Assembly (NCBI GenBank): GCA_028280285.1
Contig: JANQMA010000014.1
Span: 907-64,906, forward strand
Source: Candidatus Omnitrophota bacterium
GTDB taxonomy: Bacteria > Omnitrophota > Gorgyraeia > Zapsychrales > Zapsychraceae
Length of the DNA stretch: 64,000 nucleotides
Reading direction: 5' to 3'
In this document: positions 29,901 through 38,310 of the stretch, in pieces
Layout: each line of letters begins with the position of its first letter
Position numbering within the stretch: position 1 is the stretch's first letter
Translations under genes and position numbers: made by a program
The notes under the pieces: generated by a model
Told to the model about the DNA's origin: nothing
Databases searched by the model: none
Seen by the model: the letters and a program-made list of their open reading frames with translations, nothing else

Positions 29901-31006
29901 ACAACAATCATTTAAATATATTAATGGTCTCGATTGGGAGAGAGAATCAAAGCACCATTGATCAATATCTACAAACTGGAGACGAAGAGAGATTACGAGA
30001 AATAATAAATTCCCGTATTTTTTCAGCAGATTCCAATGATTCCATTAAGGCAACTGATGGATGGCTTAATATCTTTAAATGGGTATATGATTATAATTTG
30101 ATGACTCGTGTTCCTATAGAGATCAAAGCTATTGCCGATAGCTATGATGGGCCCGAAGCTATATCTGAAGATCTAAAGCTTTCATCCGCACTAGCGGATA
30201 GCGACACTAATGTTGTACTGTTAGGATATTATGGGCTTCGCGAGTACTTAAATGATGAACAACAAGAAAATATATTGATTCATATTGATCCGGTAACCGG
30301 TTTTTTTAACAATACCTCAAACTCTTTAAGTTATGCGTTTAATTTTTTGCTTGCAAGCAGAGAAGATCTTATCTTAGAGATTAAAGACAGTAACTTTGAG
30401 AATGAATCAATCGTATTTTTGGAGAATTCAGAATGGCAACAGTTGACGTTTAAAGCTGGTGAGATAGAAGGAATAGCATATTCTGACGAAGAAAAACAAA
30501 GTATCGTATCCTATTATCAACGCATTGCACCACTTATTGATAAATTTAATAAGTACCATTCTGTTTACGTAAGCATCCCTGGAGAAGATGGAGGGGATGA
30601 AGAACAATCACCAAAACTAACCCCGGAAACGCCCGAATATTCCCCTGTAGGTACTCCTACTGGTGCTGTTACCGATGCAGGGGTGCGTAAAGGAGGGATT
30701 GATTTTAATCCGGCAGGAATGGAGCTGGAAATCAAGACACAAGATACAGGGCACACGACACAGGTAAACTGTGTTGATGAGCCTGATCATGCTAACTGCA
30801 TTCAATTGCATTTTACTCCTGAACAAATCAAAGACATGCGTCAAAATATTACCGGCATTACTCCTGTCATCATCGATATCAGGCCGATGATTAATCTCCC
30901 TTTATTTCTAGGCTTTAATGATTCTGAAAGGCCTGCTGATGATACGGAAACGGTGGAGAAAGAAAACCGAGACTTGTTTGCAAGACTGGAAGAAATAGCT
31001 ATCTAA
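23996..31006 (+). CDS. Giant (~2340 aa) secreted modular protein: conserved N-domain, variable cargo, conserved GGID C-domain
   Basis: Signal peptide (VYA-Q); WVNLSPYEKNRIIP, QDYLLKQ, KVWI, LRQIY...LATWYK, KKYFSGG; C-terminal GGIDFNP...PVII...NLPLFLG. Start is ATG 23996 or GTG 23993, after an AAGGA SD. Confidence 0.9.
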   Translation: MRTHWTYRFIALVVSCLFTVTSINPVYAQVQPVSDIVPKLLPINGLNQPFEPMLIKGLKVNQTNPFEMEFIVSNKKSGQFKKESARLIKYFLAALTIPGKDMWVNLSPYEKNRIIPESFGQTEMGRELLVQDYLLKQVTASLLHPDGEYGQKFWAKIATQASQDIPLELFSKVWIIPDKAVVYENGGTAYVVEASLKVMLERDYLAVQTDARSSMLDASQQELVSSIQHPASNNLIREIIIPAITQEVNESKNFAKLRQIYHSLILATWYKKKMQNGILNQIYVDQNKTDGFIHNDPEAANKIWREYTETFKEGAYNSIKEEYDPQTQQIIPKKYFSGGADMASLETESIDNFVLKDDERDMAVLKIKLNLEKSDFASLAKRFWERLSIGGFDIETIKKLSTAVLDQKIENPKQYVNSLIDFKNSVKQATLLENLIKSIISAKDPKGLIDNYKIIIDKVHYGLGRDSQEDLDKHLKKISEQESPETVAQEVVDIHSKLKELGRKDYYYVANDIFKYILVSDDYARNTALLNKSTLLTQIFKLINELNTESKDYYDLDSDIKDRIVLKILSDTDIEAIADSFIEFYVNLKYFDLLGSQKSNLLTTIIEHTKYKQLVVWMNANSDTIKKNAKAIPKHEKRMQYLQQVIESYDGSNTVIDTGEYGQLKALLNSTSIEKEDIEELLETASNTDTISLLLSFTKYLIDKSKFEDALDKGFKDDLYRKLLKSIINAKDPKGLIDNYKIIIDEVHYDLKRKSQEDLDKHLKKISEQESPETVAQEVVDIHSKLKELGNKDYYYVANDIFKYILESDNYSKSIHSLTNKIILQSLFDLITNHHDKKISNLVKLHLPNTTENLDYTKILVLEHLKWNIIHKELLEILNNSEILSVFIKTTNEIIKTSKINPKKEINIFLSGLDEYLKVQDIYKPLLEWNEEDWNYLVNRQELENTLKSKNSSFDEKMDLLNFYHRFRPVTSYSFKTIRSLFEQEAQTDEQKIEVVEYVVDLIRDKNDMENSFPYLRGLVQKIARKRPKQGESTIELTPVERSILEAFDTIEQRDHLIDVMLNPHMSLDTKESLLSITAGTVLDPGLTTIYQQLKTKREKKTFFELFLRIKIEFNIKPPALILQYLLNGQLTFENLKQAVPKVQGKSLKNLIESPEFLEKDNNFFLLSYFIFNPSKWEYAHQQRFDQFKSIMDIVKSHIQNSNFTKAAEKELYASIRKHSSEAEEIIAALKTGESIIPKISGMKDADGQFIPQPVNISYAESEALKQQRTDFMMEFNLRLMNILKAMHYIKNITAITNRYQDESVELRSQFNDLIKSIQGLGGFDNQLLIQLHDMYLNALKILPKFKFANATDLEQEIQNQTQKFLLAFKKKALMPVYGFRPLLEQYKIKNNDKLIHSLSEYDIDLFYRAFQNKSRWGKAYQETDHFEGFIKQTFSLIPELFSKKHFGDLYTEPFQKAWGEMVGHFSTTAKQYEKIIQDQDDVNGKSKLVYASLLSKSDILPYIRFGDAPECCLSSHKESDQLSQGYIEYMASALLDQGTHVILFHTENKPVGFILWHFAKDKKDKLVAASARLYLQTQYRSTISTQNIMKKAEEIMAHLGIQEIHVSDTSYPGAQGIPEGYEGAHSIELKRIQTTTSVETTTTDLDRYLSNHFRSMSMHSKRLDNVLINKNDALLETAPEPHEDPLELELVENNPLNVQEIIAQGDIIESKSAQEYQNTLNLKFTQLGIIEASKFRVFIRDADIQLHVLRPRSFDKPTFGLNVPFTSKNKDLYAISQEEDGKINIYISEFAYLYGSQALTQELIAQELYKIFAKSQSLEATNDIDLERMINAEYENYFKSWLESLSAVELSDLGLKGQIKRMTMRSFVFGRLMGELHVDQQSKLTHFMRERREVSIKLNQRNTESQEITMPIPEDAWELMADIMINKKNPGEFINTKMQKDHLLYWLFASYAPVVFNSIAKQIKNLIDNNHLNILMVSIGRENQSTIDQYLQTGDEERLREIINSRIFSADSNDSIKATDGWLNIFKWVYDYNLMTRVPIEIKAIADSYDGPEAISEDLKLSSALADSDTNVVLLGYYGLREYLNDEQQENILIHIDPVTGFFNNTSNSLSYAFNFLLASREDLILEIKDSNFENESIVFLENSEWQQLTFKAGEIEGIAYSDEEKQSIVSYYQRIAPLIDKFNKYHSVYVSIPGEDGGDEEQSPKLTPETPEYSPVGTPTGAVTDAGVRKGGIDFNPAGMELEIKTQDTGHTTQVNCVDEPDHANCIQLHFTPEQIKDMRQNITGITPVIIDIRPMINLPLFLGFNDSERPADDTETVEKENRDLFARLEEIAI
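24623..24691. repeat. Heptamer-repeat palindrome read in frame inside the giant-protein CDS
   Basis: gatgcta gatcctc gatgctt gatgcta gt ... ac tagtatc tagtatc cagcatc cagcatc; same family as 56659-56721. Confidence 0.8.
25304..26414 (+). repeat. 247-bp near-identical direct repeat in CDS (25304-25550 and 26168-26414)
   Basis: KSII(S/N)AKDPKGLIDNYKIIID...YYYVANDIFKYIL occurs twice. Confidence 0.9.
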
Positions 31007-31078
31007 ATAAAAGGATAGTTGACGTCCATACACCCCTTCTATATAATAACCCCACCATTCAAGAAGAGGAGGAATTTA

Positions 31079-33772
31079 ATGGCAAGCAACTTTTCCAAAG
31101 ATCAAGTCCAGGAAGCACTTAAAGCTGGTTCCAAAGAATACACCATATACAGCATACCCAAATTTGCCAATCTCAATATCGGAAAGCCACAACAACTGCC
31201 ATTTTCCATCAAAGTTCTCCTTGAAAGCGCACTGCGTAATTATGATGATTATCAAGTCACCCTCGATGATATCACAAAATTAGCCAACTGGTCACCCGCT
31301 CAGACTGAACCGCAAGAAATTGCCTTTAAGCCGGGGCGTGTTGTCCTTCAAGATTTTACCGGTGTGCCCTGTGTGGTTGATTTGGCGGCCATGCGCAACG
31401 GTCTTAAAAATTTAGGTGGCGATTATAAAAAGATTAATCCGCAAGTACAATGTGATCTTGTCATTGACCATTCTGTTCAAGTTGATGCTTTTGGTTCTAG
31501 AGAAGCCTTTGCCAAAAATGTTGAGCTGGAATTTTCACGCAATAAAGAACGTTATGAATTTCTTAAATGGGGACAAAACGCGTTTGAAAATTTCCGTGTT
31601 GTGCCGCCGGCCACAGGAATTGTCCATCAAGTTAATTTAGAATACTTAGCCAAAGGTGTTTTACAAAAAGACGGTGCCGCTTATCCGGACAGTTTAGTTG
31701 GAACAGATTCGCATACAACTATGATTAATGGTCTTGGTGTTGTCGGTTGGGGCGTCGGTGGTATTGAAGCAGAGGCTGTTATGCTCGGCGAGCCGATTAA
31801 TATGCTTATGCCTCAGGTTATTGGGTTTAAACTTAAAGGACAATTAAGCGAAGGCGTTACGGCAACCGATTTGGTGTTGGTCGTAACACAGATGCTGCGT
31901 CAAAAGGGTGTCGTCGGTAAATTTGTTGAATTTTTTGGTGATGGGTTGGCCCATCTGAGTTTACCTGATCGGGCAACGATTTCGAATATGGCACCGGAAT
32001 ATGGTGCGACGATCGGCATTTTCCCGATCGATGAACAGACCTTAAGTTATTTGAAATTATCCGGACGTACGGATGAAGAGATTGACCTTGTTGAACAATA
32101 TTATAAAGCACAAGGCATGTTTTATACAGCGGATAGCATTGACCCCGAGTATACAGATACACTGGAACTTGATTTATCTACGGTACAGCCTTGTCTCGCC
32201 GGACCGAAACGACCGCAAGATAAAATCAATCTAACAGATATGAAAGACGAATTTCATGCAGATTTAATAAAACCTGTAAAGGATAGAGGGTTTGGTCTTG
32301 AAAATGGTCATTTGGATAAATCCATTAATATGGTTGATGGCGATGTAACAGAGGAAATGTATCATGGTTCGGTCGTTATTGCGGCGATTACTAGTTGTAC
32401 TAACACATCTAATCCATCGGTATTACTTGCCGCCGGGTTAGTCGCTAAAAAAGCAAGCGAGCTTGGTCTTAAAGTTAAAAAGTATGTTAAGACCAGTTTT
32501 GCACCGGGTTCCCAGGTTGTTGACGAGTATATTAATAAAGCAGGGCTTATGCCTTACCTTGAAGACCTTGGTTTTCACATTGTCGGTTATGGATGCACAA
32601 CATGTATCGGTAACAGCGGGCCTTTACCTGAGCCTGTCGCCAAGGCCATCGTTGATGGGGACCTTGTGGCTACATCTGTTTTAAGCGGTAACCGCAACTT
32701 CGAAGGACGTGTTAGTCCTTTAACCAAAGGAAATTATTTGGCTTCGCCGCCATTGGTTGTAGCGTACGCACTTGCCGGGACAGTTGATATTAATTTAGAC
32801 AAAGATCCTGTCGGACAAGATAAAGACGGCAATGATGTTTATTTAAAAGATATTTGGCCGACAACACAAGAGGTCAATGATCTTGCCGCCCAGGCCGTCA
32901 GTGCCGATGATTTTCGCAAACGGTACGGCAATGTGAGTGACGGTAATGCCGACTGGAATGAGATTGCATCGACCGCATCTGATCTTTACGCATGGAAAGA
33001 AGACAGCACGTATGTCCAGGAGCCACCGTTTTTTATTGGTATGACAGGTGACGTTGCGCCTATTGAAGAACTGAAAGGAGCGCAATGTTTAGTTAAGGTG
33101 GGGGATTCCATTACAACCGATCACATATCCCCAGCCGGTGTCATTGCCGAAGATTCTCCGGCAGGAAAGTATTTAAAAAGTCTTGGGGTAGAGAAAAAAG
33201 ATTTTAATAGTTACGGTTCCCGTCGGGGTAATGATCGTGTTATGACACGGGGCACATTCGCCAACGTTAAACTGCGTAATCAACTCGCGCCAGGTACAGA
33301 AGGCTCATGGACAACCCATTTCCCGTCAGGAGAAAAAACAAGCATCTATGATGCATCTCTTAAATATAAAGAATCTAACACACCTCTTATTGTTCTAGCC
33401 GGCAAAGACTATGGTATGGGTTCATCACGCGACTGGGCGGCCAAGGGAACAGCCCTCTTAGGAGTTAAAGCGGTTATTGCCGAGAGTTATGAGCGTATTC
33501 ACCGCAGTAACCTGGCCGGTATGGGTGTTTTGCCTCTGCAGTTTAAAGAAGGCGAGAGCCACGAAACATTAGGCCTTAAGGGGGATGAAGTGTTTGATTT
33601 TGAAGGCATCAATGATGATTTAAAACCGCGCCAAACAATCACCGTCACGGCAAAGTCTCCTGGAGGAGACGAAAAAACATTTGATGTTATTTGTCGTCTC
33701 GATACACCTGTTGAAATTGACTATGTTAAAAATGGGGGGATTCTTCAAACCGTCTTGCGCAAACTTGCTTAA
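31079..33772 (+). CDS. acnA: Aconitate hydratase A
   Basis: [46 protein letters not shown]; GAGGAGG SD before ATG 31079. Confidence 0.95.
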   Translation: MASNFSKDQVQEALKAGSKEYTIYSIPKFANLNIGKPQQLPFSIKVLLESALRNYDDYQVTLDDITKLANWSPAQTEPQEIAFKPGRVVLQDFTGVPCVVDLAAMRNGLKNLGGDYKKINPQVQCDLVIDHSVQVDAFGSREAFAKNVELEFSRNKERYEFLKWGQNAFENFRVVPPATGIVHQVNLEYLAKGVLQKDGAAYPDSLVGTDSHTTMINGLGVVGWGVGGIEAEAVMLGEPINMLMPQVIGFKLKGQLSEGVTATDLVLVVTQMLRQKGVVGKFVEFFGDGLAHLSLPDRATISNMAPEYGATIGIFPIDEQTLSYLKLSGRTDEEIDLVEQYYKAQGMFYTADSIDPEYTDTLELDLSTVQPCLAGPKRPQDKINLTDMKDEFHADLIKPVKDRGFGLENGHLDKSINMVDGDVTEEMYHGSVVIAAITSCTNTSNPSVLLAAGLVAKKASELGLKVKKYVKTSFAPGSQVVDEYINKAGLMPYLEDLGFHIVGYGCTTCIGNSGPLPEPVAKAIVDGDLVATSVLSGNRNFEGRVSPLTKGNYLASPPLVVAYALAGTVDINLDKDPVGQDKDGNDVYLKDIWPTTQEVNDLAAQAVSADDFRKRYGNVSDGNADWNEIASTASDLYAWKEDSTYVQEPPFFIGMTGDVAPIEELKGAQCLVKVGDSITTDHISPAGVIAEDSPAGKYLKSLGVEKKDFNSYGSRRGNDRVMTRGTFANVKLRNQLAPGTEGSWTTHFPSGEKTSIYDASLKYKESNTPLIVLAGKDYGMGSSRDWAAKGTALLGVKAVIAESYERIHRSNLAGMGVLPLQFKEGESHETLGLKGDEVFDFEGINDDLKPRQTITVTAKSPGGDEKTFDVICRLDTPVEIDYVKNGGILQTVLRKLA

Positions 33773-33775
33773 CCA

Positions 33776-33857
33776 GCGTTTAGCGAATAGCGGATAGCGA
33801 ATAGTAGTAAACAGAAAATAGATGATAGTAACCTAAACGCTATACGCTTTACGCTAA
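33776..33857. repeat. Heptamer-repeat palindrome (TAGCGAA type)
   Basis: agcgttt agcgaat agcggat agcgaat ... aaacgct atacgct ttacgct. Confidence 0.8.
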
Positions 33858-33880
33858 TAACTAGGATTATTGATTATCCA

Positions 33881-35860
33881 ATGAAAAATCTCTACACCCA
33901 ATCCGATGCTGATAAATGCAATAATGATCCTCTGCGCTTACGTGTCTACACATCCAGACTACTCGGTCAAGACTCTTCACTCGTCTTACATGGAGGAGGT
34001 AACACATCGGTTAAGACTGAAGTCGCTAATCTCTTTGGAGAAAAAGAAAAAGTTCTTTATGTGAAGGGAAGCGGTTGGGATTTGGCAACAATTGAAGCGG
34101 AGGGTTTTGCTCCTGTCAAAATGGACACGCTGCTTAAAATGGCCGAGTTAGACACACTTGACGATATGACTATGGTCAAAAATCAACGCGCTGCCATGCT
34201 CGATCCATCAGCGCCTAATCCGTCGGTGGAAGCGATCCTTCATGCGGTTATTCCCTTTAATTTTGTCGATCATACCCATGCCGATGCCGTTGTGACAGTC
34301 ACCAATACACCGAAAGGCAAAGAGCATGTCGATGCCATTTATGGTGATCGCGTTCTTGTTATTCCGTATGTGATGCCGGGTTTTATTTTGGCGAGAGAGA
34401 TTTACAAAATCACAAAAGAAATCAATTGGTCCGACTATGAAGGAATGGTTCTTCTTAATCATGGCATCTTTACCTGGGGAGATACCGCCCGTGAGAGTTA
34501 TGACCGTATGATTAAACTCGTTGATGAAGCAGAACAATATATCAATAAGCAAAATGCCGCTATTGATTTCGTTGAGACAACAAAGGTTTTTCCGAGTATC
34601 AACTTATTTGAATTTGCCAAACTGCGGCGCGAAGTATCGAAGGAGCGCGGTGGCGCTGTTGTCGCTCGTCTTGAAACCGACTCCTATCGCACGCATTTTG
34701 CAAATCTTAGCAATGTCAAAAAAATCGCTACGCGTGGATTATTGACGCCTGATCATGTCATAAGAAATAAACGCATTCCGATGATTATTGAAAGTGATGT
34801 CAAAAAATCTGTTGCCAATTTTGTCCGCGATTATGAAAAGTATTTCAAACACAATACCGACGGTACGTTAACCTGCCTTGATCCGGCACCGCGTTGGGGT
34901 ATTTGGCCAAACATCGGAACAGTCACATTTGGACGAACAGTCAAAGAATGCATTATTATTTCTGATATTACGCATCACACCATGAAGGCGATTGAAACGG
35001 CCGAGAAGCTCGGCGGATGGAAAACACTAGGAGAAAAAGATATTTTTGAAATGGAGTATTGGGTTTTAGAACAAGCCAAGTTGAAAAAGTCCGGTTCGGC
35101 TTCTATTTTTCAAGGGAAGGTGGCCGTTGTCACAGGTGCCGCGAGCGGCATTGGACGGGCCTGTGTTGAAAAGTTACACCAGTTCGGCGCTGTAGTCGTA
35201 GCTTTAGATATCAATCCAGACATTCGGACAATGTTTAATAAATCTGATATCATTGGTCTTGTCTGTGACTTAACCGATGAGGTTGCGATCCATGAGGCCA
35301 TTACAACAACTGTGCGTAACTTCGGCGGACTCGATATTATTGTCAGTAATGCCGGTACTTTTCCGGCCAGTGAACTGCTTGATGAGATGAAACGCTCGAC
35401 ATGGGATAAAAGTATTAATACGAACCTTTCCAGCCATCAAATTTTGATGCAGCATGCCTTGCCATTCTTAAAAGAAGGGATTGATCCGGCGATTGTCATT
35501 GTCGGATCAAAGAATGTCGCCGCACCGGGACCGGGCATATCGGCCTATTCTGTCGCTAAAGCAGGGCTTACACAACTAGCGCGTGTGGCTGCCCTGGAAT
35601 GTGCCGCAGCAGGCATTCGGGTCAATGTCGTTCATCCCAACGCCGTCTTCGATACAGCCATCTGGACAGACGATGTGCTGACCAAGCGGGCTAAAAACTA
35701 CAATATGTCCGTTGATGAGTACAAAACAAACAATCTGCTTAAAACTGCAATCACATCCGCCGATGTGGCCGAACTGGTTGCCACCATGGCCGGTCCTGTC
35801 TTTAGCAAAACCACCGGCGCCCAAGTTTCTATTGATGGCGGCAATGATCGGACGATTTGA
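33881..35860 (+). CDS. Bifunctional class II aldolase / short-chain dehydrogenase (RhaED/YuxG-like)
   Basis: HGGGNTSVK, PSVE, DHTH; TGAASGIG, YSVAK, IDGG. Confidence 0.9.
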   Translation: MKNLYTQSDADKCNNDPLRLRVYTSRLLGQDSSLVLHGGGNTSVKTEVANLFGEKEKVLYVKGSGWDLATIEAEGFAPVKMDTLLKMAELDTLDDMTMVKNQRAAMLDPSAPNPSVEAILHAVIPFNFVDHTHADAVVTVTNTPKGKEHVDAIYGDRVLVIPYVMPGFILAREIYKITKEINWSDYEGMVLLNHGIFTWGDTARESYDRMIKLVDEAEQYINKQNAAIDFVETTKVFPSINLFEFAKLRREVSKERGGAVVARLETDSYRTHFANLSNVKKIATRGLLTPDHVIRNKRIPMIIESDVKKSVANFVRDYEKYFKHNTDGTLTCLDPAPRWGIWPNIGTVTFGRTVKECIIISDITHHTMKAIETAEKLGGWKTLGEKDIFEMEYWVLEQAKLKKSGSASIFQGKVAVVTGAASGIGRACVEKLHQFGAVVVALDINPDIRTMFNKSDIIGLVCDLTDEVAIHEAITTTVRNFGGLDIIVSNAGTFPASELLDEMKRSTWDKSINTNLSSHQILMQHALPFLKEGIDPAIVIVGSKNVAAPGPGISAYSVAKAGLTQLARVAALECAAAGIRVNVVHPNAVFDTAIWTDDVLTKRAKNYNMSVDEYKTNNLLKTAITSADVAELVATMAGPVFSKTTGAQVSIDGGNDRTI

Positions 35861-35885
35861 CAAATCCAGTCTGATCACGTAGAAT
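35857..35885 (+). promoter_or_regulatory. Sigma70 promoter of the leuC operon
   Basis: TTGACA 35857-35862, 17-nt spacer, TAGAAT 35880-35885. Confidence 0.7.
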
Positions 35886-36089
35886 CATTCCTCACATATA
35901 ATAATAATATTTAAGTAATATATTATATATCCGATAATCCGGTTAAGTTATTTGGTGTTCGGTGGCGATGCCCGTATCGGTTTTTGGTCATGTTAAACGT
36001 ATTTTGTAACGACAAACGCTAACCGATATACGAAACGGGTTTCGAAACCGAAAAACGTTAACAAATGAATTCAGTATTAGGAGTATTTA

Positions 36090-37496
36090 ATGGGTAAGAC
36101 ATTATATGAAAAAATCTGGGATACCCACATGGTGCGTGAAAGCCAAGGGGATACGTCCATTATTTATATAGACCGTCATTTGGTCCACGAAGTCACCAGT
36201 CCGCAGGCCTTTGAAGGGCTTAGACTTACAGGCCGTAAGGTGCGTTGTCCACAAAAGACCATTGCCACCATGGATCACAACGTTTCGACCAGGACAAAAG
36301 TTTTTTCTGAAATGGAAAAGACATCGCAGATCCAAATGGAGGCGCTCATCAAAAACTGTGAAGAGTTTGGCATTACTTGCTACGACCATCAGCACCCTGA
36401 CCAAGGTGTTGTGCACATCATCGGCCCTGAGCAAGGCCTAACACAACCCGGGATGACCATTGTCTGCGGCGATTCGCATACAGCGACTCATGGCGCTTTT
36501 GGGGCATTGGCCTTTGGTATCGGAACTTCTGAAGTCGAACATGTGCTTGCAACACAAACCTTACAGCAAAATAAATCCAAAACAATGCTCATTAATGTCG
36601 AAGGCGAGTTAGGATTTGGTGTAACGGCCAAAGACATTATTTTATATATCATCGGTCAAATCGGAACGGCCGGAGCAACCGGTTATGTAATTGAATACGC
36701 CGGAAGCGCGATCCGTAATCTTTCGATGGAAGGACGTATGACTATTTGTAATATGAGCATCGAAGCCGGTGCGCGCGCCGGGATGATTGCGCCTGATCAA
36801 ACGACTTTTGATTATATCCAAGGACGCGACTTTGCCCCGAAAGGTGAACAGTGGGAACAGGCTGTCAACTATTGGAAATCCCTGACGTCAGATCCCGATG
36901 CCAAATTCGATACTGTTTTAGATTTAAAAGCAGAAGATATCGCCCCACAGGTTACATGGGGCACATCACCTGGGCAGGTAACATCGGTCACAGCAACTGT
37001 CCCTGATCCGGAAAGTTTTACCGATGCGGTTGAACGCACATCAGCCCGTCAGGCGCTTGATTATATTAAACTTGAGGCTAACACACCGATTGAAGGTATT
37101 GCGATCGATAAAGTATTCATCGGTTCGTGTACAAATGGACGTATCGAAGATTTGCGGGTTGCCGCCAAAATTGTGGAAGGCAAAAAAGTCGCCGACAATG
37201 TGCAGGCGATTGTTGTGCCTGGTTCAGGCCGTGTTTTACGTCAAGCTGAAGAAGAAGGGTTGGCCCAAATCTTTCGCGATGCCGGTTTTGAATGGCGTTT
37301 TGCCGGATGCTCGATGTGTTTAGGCATGAACGATGATCAATTAACGGCCGGTGAGCGTTGCGCCTCAACGTCCAACCGTAACTTTGAAGGCCGTCAAGGC
37401 CCCGGCGGATTAACCCATTTGATGAGTCCGGAAATGGCCGCTATCGCCGCCCTTGAGGGAAAGATAGTTGATATAAGAAAATATAAAAAATCTTAA
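36090..37496 (+). CDS. leuC: 3-isopropylmalate dehydratase large subunit
   Basis: [31 protein letters not shown]. Confidence 0.97.
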   Translation: MGKTLYEKIWDTHMVRESQGDTSIIYIDRHLVHEVTSPQAFEGLRLTGRKVRCPQKTIATMDHNVSTRTKVFSEMEKTSQIQMEALIKNCEEFGITCYDHQHPDQGVVHIIGPEQGLTQPGMTIVCGDSHTATHGAFGALAFGIGTSEVEHVLATQTLQQNKSKTMLINVEGELGFGVTAKDIILYIIGQIGTAGATGYVIEYAGSAIRNLSMEGRMTICNMSIEAGARAGMIAPDQTTFDYIQGRDFAPKGEQWEQAVNYWKSLTSDPDAKFDTVLDLKAEDIAPQVTWGTSPGQVTSVTATVPDPESFTDAVERTSARQALDYIKLEANTPIEGIAIDKVFIGSCTNGRIEDLRVAAKIVEGKKVADNVQAIVVPGSGRVLRQAEEEGLAQIFRDAGFEWRFAGCSMCLGMNDDQLTAGERCASTSNRNFEGRQGPGGLTHLMSPEMAAIAALEGKIVDIRKYKKS

Positions 37497-37501
37497 CCAT
37501 G

Positions 37502-37572
37502 AGGTTTTAGGGATTAGGTTTTGGGTTTTAGTAAAATAATATCTAACCCCCAACACCTTAAACCTAAAACCA
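37502..37572. repeat. Heptamer-repeat palindrome (AGGTTTT type)
   Basis: aggtttt agggatt aggtttt gggtttt ag ... ct aaccccc aacacct taaacct aaaacc. Confidence 0.8.
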
Positions 37573-37598
37573 TTTAGTGCTTTTTTAAGGATCAAAAT

Positions 37599-38210
37599 AT
37601 GGAACCATTTACAACACACACCGGTATTGCCGCACCGCTTGACCGTGCCAATGTCGATACCGATGCGATTATACCCAAACAATTTTTACGCAAAATTGAC
37701 CGTACGGGATTTGGCGTGCATTTATTTCATGAGCTACGTTACACTGATTATGAGGGCACGCAGGAAAATTCGGACTTTATTTTAAATCAGGAGCCTTATC
37801 GTAGTGCAACGGTTTTACTTGCGCGGGATAATTTTGGCTGCGGCTCATCCCGTGAGCATGCGCCGTGGGCGATTGCTGATTTTGGTTTTAAGGTAATCAT
37901 CGCACCGAGCTTTGCCGATATTTTTAAAAACAATTGCGTTAAAAACGGTATTTTAACCATTGTTTTATCACAAGAAGAGGTTGAAGAATTGTTTCAATTA
38001 ACAGCAAGTGATAAGGGTGTCGAATTTACAGCTGATCTTGAAGAACAAAAACTAACCGCCGGTGGCAAAGAATATACTTTTGATCTTCATCCGTTTTCTA
38101 AAGAATGTTTGCTTAAAGGCTTAGATCATATTGGATGGACATCTCAATTTGAAAATCAAATCAGAACCTATGAGCAGAAATTGAAAACTACAACGCCATG
38201 GCTTACGTAA
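37599..38210 (+). CDS. leuD: 3-isopropylmalate dehydratase small subunit
   Basis: [26 protein letters not shown]. Confidence 0.97.
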   Translation: MEPFTTHTGIAAPLDRANVDTDAIIPKQFLRKIDRTGFGVHLFHELRYTDYEGTQENSDFILNQEPYRSATVLLARDNFGCGSSREHAPWAIADFGFKVIIAPSFADIFKNNCVKNGILTIVLSQEEVEELFQLTASDKGVEFTADLEEQKLTAGGKEYTFDLHPFSKECLLKGLDHIGWTSQFENQIRTYEQKLKTTTPWLT

Positions 38211-38211
38211 A

Positions 38212-38281
38212 CAGCGGATAGCGGTTAGCGTAAAGCGAATAGATTAATTTCTAAACGCTATACGCCATACGCTAAACGCTA
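38212..38281. repeat. Heptamer-repeat palindrome (TAGCG.. type, same family as 33776)
   Basis: agcggat agcggtt agcgtaa agcgaat ag ... ct aaacgct atacgcc atacgct aaacgct. Confidence 0.8.
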
Positions 38282-38310
38282 AGATTATCAGCAGAAGATA
38301 AGAGTTAATT

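Noticed and set aside
35893-35917. ATA codon run as an Ile attenuator peptide
   Set aside because: No start codon or SD in frame, and no terminator/antiterminator pair.
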